Positions 26,240 through 37,038 of a DNA stretch of 64,000 bases are shown here, in pieces. Source of the stretch: an uncultured Planctomycetales bacterium (GTDB taxonomy: Bacteria > Omnitrophota > Gorgyraeia > Zapsychrales > Fredricksoniimonadaceae); contig CAZNDZ010000001.1 of assembly GCA_964572155.1 (NCBI GenBank), forward strand, positions 1,082,732-1,146,731. Reading direction: 5' to 3'. The position numbers and the translations under genes were made by a program. Every line of letters begins with the position of its first letter. Positions within the stretch are counted from its first letter, which is position 1. The notes beneath the pieces are model-generated. The model worked only from the letters and a program-made list of their open reading frames with translations, was not told the DNA's origin and searched no databases.

Positions 26240-26734
26240 ATGACACCGCTCGAAAAAGTACAAGAACAATTTGCGAAAGATATCATTGAAGCTCACGCTT
26301 TTCGTGGTGATGAAACCGCATTAGTTCGTTCTGAAAGTTATAAAAAAATTGCAAAATTTTTAAAAGACACGCCTGAGTTAGATTTTAACTTCTTAATCGA
26401 TTTAACAGCTGTGGATTATCTATTTTACGCTGGCGGTAGGGTGCAAAGAGAACATCGATTTGAAGTGGTATGTCATTTCTATTCTTTAAAACACAATCAT
26501 CGTATCCGTCTTAAAGTTCCCGTCTATGAAAATAACCTTGTTGTTGATACCCTAAGCGATGTATGGCCTGGGGCAAATTGGTATGAACGTGAAGTTTGGG
26601 ATATGTATGGCATCAAATTTAATGGGCATCCAAATTTAAAACGTATTTTAATGTATGAAGAGTTTCAAGGGCATGCGTTACGCAAGGATTATCCTTTCAA
26701 TAAACGCCAACCTTTGATTGGACCCAAGAATTAG
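26240..26734 (+). CDS. nuoC: NADH-quinone oxidoreductase subunit C (separate from D)
   Basis: 30-kDa subunit motifs (VWPGANWYEREVWDMYGI). Confidence 0.85.
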   Translation: MTPLEKVQEQFAKDIIEAHAFRGDETALVRSESYKKIAKFLKDTPELDFNFLIDLTAVDYLFYAGGRVQREHRFEVVCHFYSLKHNHRIRLKVPVYENNLVVDTLSDVWPGANWYEREVWDMYGIKFNGHPNLKRILMYEEFQGHALRKDYPFNKRQPLIGPKN

Positions 26735-26741
26735 GTAATCT

Positions 26742-28067
26742 ATGGCAACACAAACAAAAACAATGTTACTCAACGTCGGCCCATCGCATCCAGCGATGCA
26801 TGGGGTTATCCGTTTGATCATGGAATTAGACGGGGAAAAGATCAAGGGCGTAGAAGTTGAAATCGGTTATTTGCATCGCGCGTTTGAAAAGATGTGCGAG
26901 ACCGTCATGTATGCCCAATGTTTCCCATATACCGATCGTTTAAATTATGTTTCGCCGTTGATCAACAATGTTGGTTTTGCCATGACGGTTGAGAAATTAT
27001 TAGGCATTGATATCCCAGAACGCGCCAAATATATCCGCGTGATCATGAGTGAAATATCTCGCGTCACCGACCATCTAACATGCATTGCGGCAACAGCCAT
27101 GGAACTTGGTGCGATGACCGTATTCTTATACATGATCAAGGCCCGCGAATATTTGTATGAATTGGTCGAAGAAATCACCGGTGCCCGATTAACCATTTCT
27201 TATGTGCGTATCGGCGGTGTTAAAGCTGATTTAACACCAGGTTTTGCTGAAAAGTCTTTTGAAAAGATTGCCGAAGTGCGCAAGGTTTTAATTGAAGCAG
27301 ATGAATTGTTAACCAGAAGCCGCATTTTCTTTGACCGCATGAAAAATACTGGTCGCATTTCACAAGAAGATGCCATTGCCTATGGCATCACTGGCCCATT
27401 CTTACGTTCAACAGGTGTGGCCTACGATGTGCGCAAAGCTAATCCATACTTGATTTACGACAAACTAGATTTCGAAGTTCCCGTCGGTACAACAGGGGAC
27501 AATTTAGATCGTTATTTTGTGCGCATGGGTGAAATGGAACAGTCACTGCGCATGATCGAACAATGCTTCCAGTTAATTCCGGATGGTCCAATTGCTGGTG
27601 AGTTGACCGGTGAGGTCATCAAAGCCGCAGACATGGTTGACCGTGCGAAGATGGGTGAGACGCAAGGGTTGATCGGCGAGCAAGTTTCCTTAGATCCGAC
27701 GCTGCAAGGGAGCACAAAGAAATATTATAAAGGCATTAGCGCACCTGTGCGTTCGGTGGTTTTACCACCTAAAGAAGAAACATACGGAAATATTGAAGGC
27801 CTCATGAACCATTTTAAATTGGTCATGTATGGTCATGGCATCAAGCCGCCCATGGGTGAAGCATATTTCCCTGTGGAAGGGGCGAATGGCGAATTAGGAT
27901 TTTATATCGTTAGCGATGGACGCGATCATCCTTGGCGCGTGCGTGTTCATCCACCATGTTTTCCAATCATGGCTGCTTTGCCAAAATGTTTGATTGGTCA
28001 ATTGATGGCGGATTTAGTTCCAACCTTTGGTTCCGTTAATATGATTGCAGGGGAGCTTGACCGGTAA
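26742..28067 (+). CDS. nuoD: NADH-quinone oxidoreductase subunit D
   Basis: 49-kDa subunit motifs (GPSHPAMHGV, RIGG). Confidence 0.9.
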   Translation: MATQTKTMLLNVGPSHPAMHGVIRLIMELDGEKIKGVEVEIGYLHRAFEKMCETVMYAQCFPYTDRLNYVSPLINNVGFAMTVEKLLGIDIPERAKYIRVIMSEISRVTDHLTCIAATAMELGAMTVFLYMIKAREYLYELVEEITGARLTISYVRIGGVKADLTPGFAEKSFEKIAEVRKVLIEADELLTRSRIFFDRMKNTGRISQEDAIAYGITGPFLRSTGVAYDVRKANPYLIYDKLDFEVPVGTTGDNLDRYFVRMGEMEQSLRMIEQCFQLIPDGPIAGELTGEVIKAADMVDRAKMGETQGLIGEQVSLDPTLQGSTKKYYKGISAPVRSVVLPPKEETYGNIEGLMNHFKLVMYGHGIKPPMGEAYFPVEGANGELGFYIVSDGRDHPWRVRVHPPCFPIMAALPKCLIGQLMADLVPTFGSVNMIAGELDR

Positions 28068-28528
28068 TGAAAGCAGACTATTTAGCAGATTTAAATAAAT
28101 TGGTTGGTAAATACGAGCAAAAGAAAGCTGCTCTTTTGCCAGTGCTTCACTATATGCAAGAAAAAGAAGGTTTGATCACGCCTCAGGTTGAAGCCGATGT
28201 GGCTAAATTCTTAGAAATTCCCGTCGTACATGTGCATCAGGTGGTTTGCTTCTATCATCTGTTTCATCAAGAGAAAAAAGGCAAATGCCATTTCTCCGTT
28301 TGTGAAACAACGGCCTGTGCCTTGCTTGGAGCGGATGGCATCATCGATCATTTAAAATCACGTTTAGGTATTGAACCAGGGGAAACAACCAAAGACGGTA
28401 AATTTTCTTTAAGTGTTGTTGAATGCTTAGGTGCGTGTGAAATTGCGCCAATGATGCAATTAAATAAAGAATATAAAGGCTTACTCAATAAAAAGATGGT
28501 CGATGAATTAATCGATCTACATAAATAA
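28067..28528 (+). CDS. nuoE: NADH-quinone oxidoreductase subunit E
   Basis: 2Fe-2S Cys pattern (CETTAC...CLGACEIAP). Confidence 0.85.
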   Translation: MKADYLADLNKLVGKYEQKKAALLPVLHYMQEKEGLITPQVEADVAKFLEIPVVHVHQVVCFYHLFHQEKKGKCHFSVCETTACALLGADGIIDHLKSRLGIEPGETTKDGKFSLSVVECLGACEIAPMMQLNKEYKGLLNKKMVDELIDLHK

Positions 28529-28529
28529 T

Positions 28530-29798
28530 ATGGAAAAAGTTGTCACTAGAAATTTTGGTCGTGAAAAGTCGTATACCTTAGATGCGTATTTAGCTAATAA
28601 GGGTTATGAAGCCGCACGCAAAGCATTTACCCAAATGCAACCAGCCCAAGTCATTGAAGAAGTTAAGAAATCAAACCTAAGAGGTTTAGGTGGCGCTGGT
28701 TTTCCGACGGGTATGAAGTGGAGCTTTATCCCTCAAGCAAATCCAAATCCTAAATTTTTAGTTATCAACGGGGATGAAGGTGAGCCAGGGACATTTAAAG
28801 ACAAATACATTTTTGAATTAGATCCGCATGCGCTTTTAGAAGGCATCATCATTGCCTGCTATGCCATTGGCAGTCATAAAGCTTATGTGTACATCCGTGG
28901 TGAATATGTCAAGTCCATCGCCCGCGTGCAAGCAGCCATCGACGAAGCTTATGCTAGAAATTATTTAGGCAAAGGCATTATGGGTACGGTTTTTGATTGC
29001 GACATCGTTGTTCATCCCGGTGCTGGTGCATATATTTGCGGGGAAGAAACTGCTTTATTAGAATCTTTAGAAGGTAAAAAAGGTTTTCCGAGGCTTAAAC
29101 CACCTTTTCCCGCTGTTGTAGGTTTATTTGGCTGCCCGACGGTCATCAATAATGTTGAGACCATTTCCAATGTTGGTCCGATTATTTTAAACGGTGCTGA
29201 ATGGTTTGCAAAATTAGGCTGTGAGAAAAATGGTGGCAACCGCTTATTTTGTATCAGTGGTCATGTCAATAAACCAGGTGTTTATGAATTGCCTAATGGC
29301 ACAACATTACGTGAACTCATTTATGATCATGCTGGTGGCATAAGAAATGGTAAGAAATTAAAAGCCGTTATCCCAGGTGGTATTTCAGCGCCTTTGCTAC
29401 TACCAGATCAAATTGATGTCAAAATGGATTTTGATTCTCTCAAAGCTGCAGGCACCATGGCAGGTTCCGGTGGTATCATCGTCATGGATGAAGACACCGA
29501 CATGGTATGGACCGCGATGATTGCTGCTCGCTTTTATGCCCATGAATCTTGTGGCCAATGTTCCCCTTGCCGTGAAGGCAGTGGATGGGTTTATCGCAAT
29601 ATCAAACGCATTTATGATGGTCATGGCACAGCGACGGATTTATTGAATCTTCCAGGAATTGTTAATAATATCGGCGGTAACACCATTTGTGCATTTGGTG
29701 ATGCCACAACCATGTGTATCAGCAGCTACGTATCGAAATTCCGTAGCGAGTTTGAAAATAAGATCAAAGAGCCAACATATGCCAAAACTAACAATTGA
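28530..29798 (+). CDS. nuoF: NADH-quinone oxidoreductase subunit F
   Basis: FMN/NADH-binding GxGxxG (RGLGGAGFPTG) and 4Fe-4S motif (ESCGQCSPCREG). Confidence 0.9.
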   Translation: MEKVVTRNFGREKSYTLDAYLANKGYEAARKAFTQMQPAQVIEEVKKSNLRGLGGAGFPTGMKWSFIPQANPNPKFLVINGDEGEPGTFKDKYIFELDPHALLEGIIIACYAIGSHKAYVYIRGEYVKSIARVQAAIDEAYARNYLGKGIMGTVFDCDIVVHPGAGAYICGEETALLESLEGKKGFPRLKPPFPAVVGLFGCPTVINNVETISNVGPIILNGAEWFAKLGCEKNGGNRLFCISGHVNKPGVYELPNGTTLRELIYDHAGGIRNGKKLKAVIPGGISAPLLLPDQIDVKMDFDSLKAAGTMAGSGGIIVMDEDTDMVWTAMIAARFYAHESCGQCSPCREGSGWVYRNIKRIYDGHGTATDLLNLPGIVNNIGGNTICAFGDATTMCISSYVSKFRSEFENKIKEPTYAKTNN

Positions 29799-31365
29799 TG
29801 GAAAAGAAATAGAAGTCCCTGCTGGGACATCGATCATTGATGCTGCCGAGAAACTTGGTATCAATATCCCACGTTATTGCTATCATCCGGCTTTACCTGT
29901 TTCTGGTAATTGCCGTATTTGTATGGTGGAAGTTGAAAAGGCGCCAAAATTACAAATTGCTTGTTATACACCCGTCGCTGAAGGCATGGTTGTTAAAACA
30001 ACATCTCCTAAAGTCTTGGAAGTTCGTAAGACCGTTTTGGAGTTTCTGCTTGTTAACCATCCGCTCGATTGCCCTGTGTGTGATCAAGCAGGGGAATGCA
30101 AGTTGCAAGATTATTACATGGATCATGGTCAGTACAGTAGCCGTTTGGGTGATGTGAAGGTAAAGAAAGAAAAGAAAGCTTTCTCGATTGGTACCAACGT
30201 TATGTTAGATCAAGAACGTTGTATTTTATGCACACGCTGTGTACGTTTCTCGGAAAATATCACCAAGACCCATGAATTAGGCGTCTTTAACCGTGGCGAT
30301 CATTCACAGTTGGATGTTTACCCAGGTATGGAGCTTAATAATAAATATTCTGCCAACGTCGTCGACATTTGTCCTGTTGGCGCATTAACGGATAAAGATT
30401 TTCGCTTCAAGTGTCGTGTTTGGTATTTGGAACACACCAAGTCTGTATGCCCAGGATGCAGTATGGGATGTAATATTAATTTAGATTGGGATAAGGGGCG
30501 TCCACGTGTTCAAAAAGGTGCACGTGTCATGCGCTTAAAGCCACGGCATAATCCTGATGTGAACGATTATTGGATGTGTGATGAAGGTCGTTATAATTAT
30601 CATTTTATCGATGAAAATCGTATTCAAACACCACAACATATCAATGACTTAATCCATTGGGATCGCGCCGTTGAAATTGTTGTTCAAAAAATCCGTTCTT
30701 TAAAAGATGCGGGACAACTTGATCGCGTTGGCGTCTTAGCATCTGCCCAATTGACCAATGAAGATTTATTTGCCGTGCGCAAACTTTTCAAAGATGGTTT
30801 AAACATCAATAACATTGAGTATAAAGTCACTCAATCCGCAGGGCATAGCGATAATTTCTTAATCAAAGCAGATAAAAATCCGAACACGGCAGGTGCTGAG
30901 GCTATTCTTAATTCAACCGCTGATGCCAATGCCATTATTCAAAAGGCCAAAGAAGGCAAGTTGGAAGTCTTATACGTTTTTGGTCATGACTTAGTGAAGA
31001 TGTACGGCAAAGAAACCGTCGCGCAGATTGCCAAACACGTAAAGTTATTCATCTATCAAGGCAGCAATATCAATGAAACATGCAGCTATGCGCATTTGAT
31101 TCTACCAAGCGCTGTTTACGCTGAGAAAGATGGTACATTTACGAATTTCCAAGGCCGTGTGCAACGCATCCTGCCAGCATTTTTTCCAATCGCGGAATCA
31201 AAGGGTGATTGGGAAATTATAGGGTTGATCGCTAAAGGTTTGAACGTAGCAACGCCGTATAAGAGTTCAAAGGAAATCTTTAATGATATAGCAAAACACG
31301 TGCCGGTGTTTGCAGAATTAAATTACGATAAAATTGGCGATCAAGGGATGTTAATCAAGAAATAA
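29779..31365 (+). CDS. nuoG: NADH-quinone oxidoreductase subunit G (short, ~528-aa form)
   Basis: ATG at 29779 gives MPKLTIDGKEI..., a 2Fe-2S ferredoxin N-terminus. Then CPVCDQAGEC and CILCTRCVRF clusters. Overlaps the nuoF end by 20 nt; the track ORF is over-extended upstream. Confidence 0.85.
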   Translation: MPKLTIDGKEIEVPAGTSIIDAAEKLGINIPRYCYHPALPVSGNCRICMVEVEKAPKLQIACYTPVAEGMVVKTTSPKVLEVRKTVLEFLLVNHPLDCPVCDQAGECKLQDYYMDHGQYSSRLGDVKVKKEKKAFSIGTNVMLDQERCILCTRCVRFSENITKTHELGVFNRGDHSQLDVYPGMELNNKYSANVVDICPVGALTDKDFRFKCRVWYLEHTKSVCPGCSMGCNINLDWDKGRPRVQKGARVMRLKPRHNPDVNDYWMCDEGRYNYHFIDENRIQTPQHINDLIHWDRAVEIVVQKIRSLKDAGQLDRVGVLASAQLTNEDLFAVRKLFKDGLNINNIEYKVTQSAGHSDNFLIKADKNPNTAGAEAILNSTADANAIIQKAKEGKLEVLYVFGHDLVKMYGKETVAQIAKHVKLFIYQGSNINETCSYAHLILPSAVYAEKDGTFTNFQGRVQRILPAFFPIAESKGDWEIIGLIAKGLNVATPYKSSKEIFNDIAKHVPVFAELNYDKIGDQGMLIKK

Positions 31366-31370
31366 ATTCT

Positions 31371-32456
31371 ATGGCCATCGATATCCTTATTAAATTTGGT
31401 TTAGCAGGTGCGACAGTACTCGGTGCTTTTGGCATTGCAGGGTTATTAACGTGGGTTGAACGCAAACAAAGCGCGGTCATGCAAGATCGTATTGGCGCCA
31501 ACCGTGCGACGATCTTTGGTTTTAAAGCATTAGGGCTTTTCCACGCCATTGCCGACGTGCTAAAGATGCTTAGTAAAGAAGAGTTTATACCAGTCGGAGC
31601 AAATAAGTTTTTATTTAACTTAGCACCGTACTTGTCTGTCACCTTTGCCTTGGTTGGTTTTGCCGCGATTCCAATTGGGAACCAATTGATCGTTGGTGAA
31701 CGTATCATTGACTTACAAGCGGCTAATTTGAATATTGCCTTGATCTTTATTTTTGCCATGATGTCCATGGGTGTTTACGGTGTTGTACTCGCAGGATTTT
31801 CCTCTAATAATAACTATGCCTTTTTAGGTGGCATGCGCGCCGCAGCGCAAATGATTGCCTACGAAGTCACCATGGGTGCAGCGATCATTGGCGTTATTTT
31901 AGTTTATAACACCTTGGACTTACAAACATTGGTGCGTGCCCAAGGCGAATATTTGATGTGGGGCTGGTTGCCTAAGTGGGGTATTTTTGTTCAACCATTA
32001 GCTTTCATTTTATTTTTAACCGCAGCGACGGCAGAAACAAAGCGTACGCCATTTGACTTACCAGAAGGCGAATCTGAAATCATCGGCTACTTCGTTGAAT
32101 ACAGTGGCATGAAGTTTGGTATGTTTTTCATGGCAGATCTTATTGAAACTGTTTTAGTTTCAGCACTCATGGCCACATTATTCTTAGGTGGCTGGCAAGT
32201 TCTATATTTACATCCTGATGGTTTTCATTTCCCATGGGGCGGGCATATTGCCTTATCCAATTGGGTTGTTACAGGGCTTGGTGTTGCCTCATTTTTTGCT
32301 AAGTTAAGTTTCTTCATATTTATTCTGATGGCTGTGCGTTGGACATTGCCAAGATTCCGTTATGACCAGTTGATGCATTTAGGCTGGAGAATTTTATTAC
32401 CAACATCTCTCGTTAATATTGCGATCACTGCGATCGTTATCACCCTTTTAAGGTAA
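31371..32456 (+). CDS. nuoH: NADH-quinone oxidoreductase subunit H
   Basis: Eight TM helices and the conserved motif AETKRTPFDLPEGESE. Confidence 0.9.
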   Translation: MAIDILIKFGLAGATVLGAFGIAGLLTWVERKQSAVMQDRIGANRATIFGFKALGLFHAIADVLKMLSKEEFIPVGANKFLFNLAPYLSVTFALVGFAAIPIGNQLIVGERIIDLQAANLNIALIFIFAMMSMGVYGVVLAGFSSNNNYAFLGGMRAAAQMIAYEVTMGAAIIGVILVYNTLDLQTLVRAQGEYLMWGWLPKWGIFVQPLAFILFLTAATAETKRTPFDLPEGESEIIGYFVEYSGMKFGMFFMADLIETVLVSALMATLFLGGWQVLYLHPDGFHFPWGGHIALSNWVVTGLGVASFFAKLSFFIFILMAVRWTLPRFRYDQLMHLGWRILLPTSLVNIAITAIVITLLR

Positions 32457-32460
32457 ATCT

Positions 32461-33060
32461 ATGTCAACCGAACCTGTTCGTAAGCCAGAATTAGAAAAGT
32501 ATTTTAATAAGTCCGGTGAGTATGATCATTTGCGTGTTGCTCAAATGAAACGCGCATGGAAACAGAAAAATCGTCGGGAATTGACATGGTGGGAGAGTAC
32601 TTATATTCCATCTGTTGCGAGCGGCATTTGGATGACATCGATGCATTTCTTTAGAAATTTGAGTATTCACATCATGCATGCAGTTGGTTTAATGAAAGAT
32701 GTGCGCGCATCGATCACCTATCAATATCCTGAACAACCTCGTCCATTAGCACCGCGTTTACGCACACGCCATCGTTTAACAAAACGTGAAGATGGTACAC
32801 CACGTTGCGTGGGTTGCATGATGTGTGAAACAGTATGCCCAGCTCGTTGCATTGAGATCACCGCTGCTGAACACCCAGATCCAAACATTGAAAAGTTCCC
32901 TAAAGAATTCAAAATTGATTTAGGTAAATGTGTTTATTGCGGTTTTTGCGTCGAGGTTTGCCCAGAAGACGCAATTCGTATGGACACCGGCATCGTTGGC
33001 ACTTCAGAATATTCCCGCGAAAGCATGATCTACGATAAAAAGCGTTTGATGGAAACCTAA
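32461..33060 (+). CDS. nuoI: NADH-quinone oxidoreductase subunit I
   Basis: Two 4Fe-4S motifs (CVGCMMCETVCP, CVYCGFCVEVCP). Confidence 0.9.
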   Translation: MSTEPVRKPELEKYFNKSGEYDHLRVAQMKRAWKQKNRRELTWWESTYIPSVASGIWMTSMHFFRNLSIHIMHAVGLMKDVRASITYQYPEQPRPLAPRLRTRHRLTKREDGTPRCVGCMMCETVCPARCIEITAAEHPDPNIEKFPKEFKIDLGKCVYCGFCVEVCPEDAIRMDTGIVGTSEYSRESMIYDKKRLMET

Positions 33061-33075
33061 ACCCCTAGAGGTTTG

Positions 33076-34146
33076 ATGGTACTTTTATTTTCCTTCCTTT
33101 TACTTGCTGGCACCGTCGCTGGTCAATCGTTTGATTTCTCCCCATTTCGTCATATTTTAGGTTTTATTACCTCGGTATGTTTGGCATTTATCATGATTGA
33201 AGTAGGCACTGAGTTCTCAAGCGAAGATAGAAAGTTTAAAAGCTACGGAAAAGATTTTCTCATTGCGTCGACAGCGGCCATCTTGCCAGCATTGCTGTGT
33301 TTCTTATATTTTTGCATAATGTTACAAAGCCATTGGAAATCGGCTATGCTTATGGGAATATCCTTTGCGCCAACGTCGGCAGGTATCCTTTTTGCCATGC
33401 TGATGGCGGCCGGCTTAAGTGCGTCATGGGTGTATAAAAAGGCAAGGGTGTTAGCTGTGCTAGATGATTTAGTTACCATCCTTTTATTAACCCCGCTTGA
33501 GATCATCATCCATGGGCTAAAGGTTAATAGCTTTGTTACTTTAGGGTTAGTTTCGGCATGTATTTTTGCATCATTTAGATGGAAGAATATGATTCCGTGG
33601 CCAACCACCAAGCCATGGCTTTTATTTTATTCTGTTCTTTTAGCATTTTTAGTTAGTATCATTGAACATAAGGCCAGCATTCATTTGGAAGTGTTAATCC
33701 CTGCGTTCATGTTAGGGTGTTGTTTAAAAATGCAGCATGAACAACAGGCAGAGGTTAGTCCATTGTTAAGTTTAGATACGATGGTCAAAGGCTTGTTCAT
33801 GCTTTTTGTTGGCCTAACATTCCCTAAAGTCGCCTTGGGTACGTTTTCCCTGAGTGTCACACTCATGCATGTCATCGGTTTGACGGTGCTCGCCAATATG
33901 GGTAAGTTTTTCTTAGTGTTCTGCTATAAAAACGAAGCAACCCTTAAAGAACGTATGGCGCTTGGTATTGCCATGTTTCCTCGAGGAGAAGTGGGGGCTG
34001 CGGTTTTGCTCATTGGTTTAGCGTATGGAATTGGCATACAAGAAAACACTTTAGCGTTCTTAAGCTTAAGTTTGAACTTAGTCATGACAGGATTTTTTAT
34101 TTGGATGGTGATTAAACTTTTAAAGCAAAAACCTTTGCCGCAGTAA
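33076..34146 (+). CDS. Polytopic membrane protein, cation/proton-antiporter-like (CPA-type)
   Basis: ~10 TM segments. The motif MFPRGEVGAAVLLIGLAYG resembles the conserved (M/V)PRGEV segment of Na+/H+ exchangers. The 3' end overlaps the convergent nuoN by 35 nt. Confidence 0.5.
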   Translation: MVLLFSFLLLAGTVAGQSFDFSPFRHILGFITSVCLAFIMIEVGTEFSSEDRKFKSYGKDFLIASTAAILPALLCFLYFCIMLQSHWKSAMLMGISFAPTSAGILFAMLMAAGLSASWVYKKARVLAVLDDLVTILLLTPLEIIIHGLKVNSFVTLGLVSACIFASFRWKNMIPWPTTKPWLLFYSVLLAFLVSIIEHKASIHLEVLIPAFMLGCCLKMQHEQQAEVSPLLSLDTMVKGLFMLFVGLTFPKVALGTFSLSVTLMHVIGLTVLANMGKFFLVFCYKNEATLKERMALGIAMFPRGEVGAAVLLIGLAYGIGIQENTLAFLSLSLNLVMTGFFIWMVIKLLKQKPLPQ

Positions 34147-35557
34147 TCGCCGCATCAAGGAACATCCCAGGGAACATCCCAATGATCACCATCGCAACCA
34201 TGGCAATTGATAATAACCATGCCATATGCATGGGTATTTCAATGGCATTTGTGGCGCGGGGAGCGTCTACATAAATGCGACGGGCGACATTTAAATAGTA
34301 ATACACAGAGATGATGATGTTGCCTGATGCAATCAAGGCAAGCCAGACATAACCGCTGTTAATGGTTGCCATAAGCAAGGTGAATTTACCAAAGAAACCA
34401 GCCAGCGGTGGTAAACCTGCCAATGAAACTAACGCCAACAATAAACCTGCAGCTAAAAATCCAGAACGTTTTGCTAACCCTGCATAGTCGGCGATATTGT
34501 CACTTTTAGCAACGGCAGAAAATAAGATGATGACTAAGAAAGCGGCTAAGTTTGTAAACATATAGCCAACAAGGTACAGGTTAACCGCGGATGCGCCTAA
34601 GATAGAACCTGCTGCAATGCCCATGAGCAAATAACCCGCATGTGCAATGCTGGAATAACCAAGCAAACGTTTGATGTTGGTTTGAAACATGGCAACTAAA
34701 TTACCATAAGTCATGGTAATCGCAGCTAATATAGCCAACATTAAACTCCATTGTTCATGCCAACCAGCAAAAACCATAAAGAAAATGCGTAACATGACAA
34801 TGAAACCTGCGGCCTTAGAACCAACGGATAAAAGGGCAGTAACAGGCGTTGGCGCGCCTTGATAAACATCCGGTACCCACATGTGAAAGGGAACAGCTGC
34901 GATCTTAAAGCAAATAGCAGCGACGATAAAAACTAGCCCAAGCAAAGCCATGGGGCTTAAGGCATGATTCATGGTAAACATTTGGATGGCATCAAAACGT
35001 GTGGAATGGGTGACACCATAGATAAAGCTCATGCCAAACAAGAAGAAGCCCGAAGCTAATGCGCCTAAGATTAAATATTTCATACCAGCTTCGATGGATA
35101 ACTTGTCACTTTTAAGGTACGCGGTCATGACATAGAGCGATATGGTCAAGATTTCAATGGCAATGAATAATAACAAGAAATCCGCCGCTGATGCCACAAA
35201 GCACATACCTAGAAGGGCAATCCAAAGGAGGAAATAAAATTCATTCCGATGTTCATTGTTGGATTTGAAATAATACTGCGCCATGGCAAAGATGAAAATC
35301 ATGGCAATTAAAAAGAAGGCTTTAAAGAACCAAGACAAAGAATCCATGACGAACATGCCGCCAAATGTTACGCCTGCGACACTTTGCTGGGTGAACCAAA
35401 ATCCAGTTAATACTACGATGGCAACAAAACTTAAAGTACCAACTAAGGTTTTCTTGGTGTCTTTGGGTAAAATGATCTCAATAGCAATGAGAGTCACCAA
35501 TGTTGCTGTGATCAAAGTTTCAAGAGTAAATAAGTTCCAATTCGTCGTGGGAAACAT
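34112..35557 (-). CDS. nuoN: NADH-quinone oxidoreductase subunit N
   Basis: Antiporter-like subunit with 14 predicted TM helices. Last gene of the minus-strand nuoJKLMN block. Confidence 0.85.
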   Translation of the reverse strand: MFPTTNWNLFTLETLITATLVTLIAIEIILPKDTKKTLVGTLSFVAIVVLTGFWFTQQSVAGVTFGGMFVMDSLSWFFKAFFLIAMIFIFAMAQYYFKSNNEHRNEFYFLLWIALLGMCFVASAADFLLLFIAIEILTISLYVMTAYLKSDKLSIEAGMKYLILGALASGFFLFGMSFIYGVTHSTRFDAIQMFTMNHALSPMALLGLVFIVAAICFKIAAVPFHMWVPDVYQGAPTPVTALLSVGSKAAGFIVMLRIFFMVFAGWHEQWSLMLAILAAITMTYGNLVAMFQTNIKRLLGYSSIAHAGYLLMGIAAGSILGASAVNLYLVGYMFTNLAAFLVIILFSAVAKSDNIADYAGLAKRSGFLAAGLLLALVSLAGLPPLAGFFGKFTLLMATINSGYVWLALIASGNIIISVYYYLNVARRIYVDAPRATNAIEIPMHMAWLLSIAMVAMVIIGMFPGMFLDAAITAAKVFALKV

Positions 35558-35562
35558 AGCCT

Positions 35563-37038
35563 TTAAAGTGACCTCTCTACAATCGTTTTTGTGCTAGTAC
35601 CAATGTGCTTTAATATAAATGAAGGGAAGCAACCAACTATGATCAACAAGATCATCAAGATTAAATAGGGGATGCGTGAAGCAAAGGTAGTTGCGTCTAA
35701 TAATTTAGGTAAACGAGGATTTAATGGTCCTTGAAAGCCTAAACGTATGGTTTTAAGCATGTAAATCGCAGTAATCACGATACCTAAGACAGCAAAAATA
35801 GTATGCCAGCGGTATTGATCCCAAGCGCCTAATAGGACTAAGATTTCTGCCGCAAAATTTGCAAATCCTGGAACACCTGCGGAAGCAAAAGCCACCATGA
35901 TAAAGCAGGTGCCAATAAATGGAAGGGCTTTGACAATGCCACCAAGTTCGTCGAGATTACGGGTTTTAGTTTGTTCGGTGATGTAACCTTCCAAGGCAAA
36001 GGCTAAAGCAGCCATGATGCCATGAGCAAACATGAGTAAGACAACACCATTAATACCAATGATGTTATAACAAGCTAAACCTAAGAGGATGTAACCCATG
36101 TGGCTACAGCTGGAATAACCTAACACATATTTGATATCACGCTGCGTTAAAGCCACAAGGCCGCAGAAGATGATGTTAATCACAGCCAGTGTCGCAATGA
36201 TCGGCATCCAATGGTGAGCGGCATCAGGCATTAATTGCAAACAGAAACGGATGATCGCATACGCACCCATTTTCTTAAGGACACCCGCATGGAGCATGCT
36301 AATCGACGTCGGAGCTGCGGCATAACCTTGAGGAGCCCATGTATGAAAAGGCCACAAGGTCAATGTCACACCAAAACCAAAAACGATGAATGGGAAAATC
36401 CAATTTTGTACAGCTAGCGGTAATGGATTAACAGCTAAATTTTGTTGAAGCGTTACAAAATCAAAGGTGTGTAAACCTGTTGCAAGGTATAGGGCAATCA
36501 AACCAACCAAGGCTAAAGCAGCGCCGGCAATTAAATATAAGGTTAACTTCATGGCTGCATAATCACGGTTACCTGAACCCCAAATGGCCATCATTAAAAA
36601 TACAGGGATGGCAGCAATTTCATGGAAGAAATAAAAGAAGAACACATCTAATGATAAAAACGCGCCATAGGTGCCAATCACAGTGACCAGCAGCAGAATA
36701 TAATATTCTTTCACACGATCTTTGATGTTGCTACTAACAAACACCGCAGCAAAAGATGCAGCACCAAGCAGTAAGAGCATTAAAGAGTTAATCCCGTCAA
36801 CACCTAAATGATATGAAATACCCAAAGGAGCAACCCATGGGATGTTTTCAACGAATTGATATCCACCAGCGACGGCATCATATGCTGTAAATACCCAAAC
36901 AGCTAATAAGAATGGGACAGTGATGGCTGCAATGGCTAGGCGTCGTAACAAGACGGTTTGATTAGCAGGCACAAAGAACATGCAGGCTAAGATTGTCAAC
37001 GGAGAAATCAAGAACCATGAAAGAAAAGGGGATGTCAT
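35563..37038 (-). CDS. nuoM: NADH-quinone oxidoreductase subunit M
   Basis: The start is trimmed to the ATG at 37038 (MTSPFLSWFL...), which overlaps the nuoL stop as ATGA. The track ORF is over-extended to 37131. Confidence 0.85.
   Translation of the reverse strand: MTSPFLSWFLISPLTILACMFFVPANQTVLLRRLAIAAITVPFLLAVWVFTAYDAVAGGYQFVENIPWVAPLGISYHLGVDGINSLMLLLLGAASFAAVFVSSNIKDRVKEYYILLLVTVIGTYGAFLSLDVFFFYFFHEIAAIPVFLMMAIWGSGNRDYAAMKLTLYLIAGAALALVGLIALYLATGLHTFDFVTLQQNLAVNPLPLAVQNWIFPFIVFGFGVTLTLWPFHTWAPQGYAAAPTSISMLHAGVLKKMGAYAIIRFCLQLMPDAAHHWMPIIATLAVINIIFCGLVALTQRDIKYVLGYSSCSHMGYILLGLACYNIIGINGVVLLMFAHGIMAALAFALEGYITEQTKTRNLDELGGIVKALPFIGTCFIMVAFASAGVPGFANFAAEILVLLGAWDQYRWHTIFAVLGIVITAIYMLKTIRLGFQGPLNPRLPKLLDATTFASRIPYLILMILLIIVGCFPSFILKHIGTSTKTIVERSL

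Noticed and set aside
29659-29778. 5' extension of the nuoG ORF into nuoF
   Set aside because: The ATG at 29779 (MPKLTIDG...) matches the NuoG ferredoxin-like N-terminus. The upstream extension is merely open frame overlapping nuoF.
33243-33896. Antisense ORFs within the antiporter-like gene
   Set aside because: Shadow ORFs; the plus-strand gene has a coherent TM topology.
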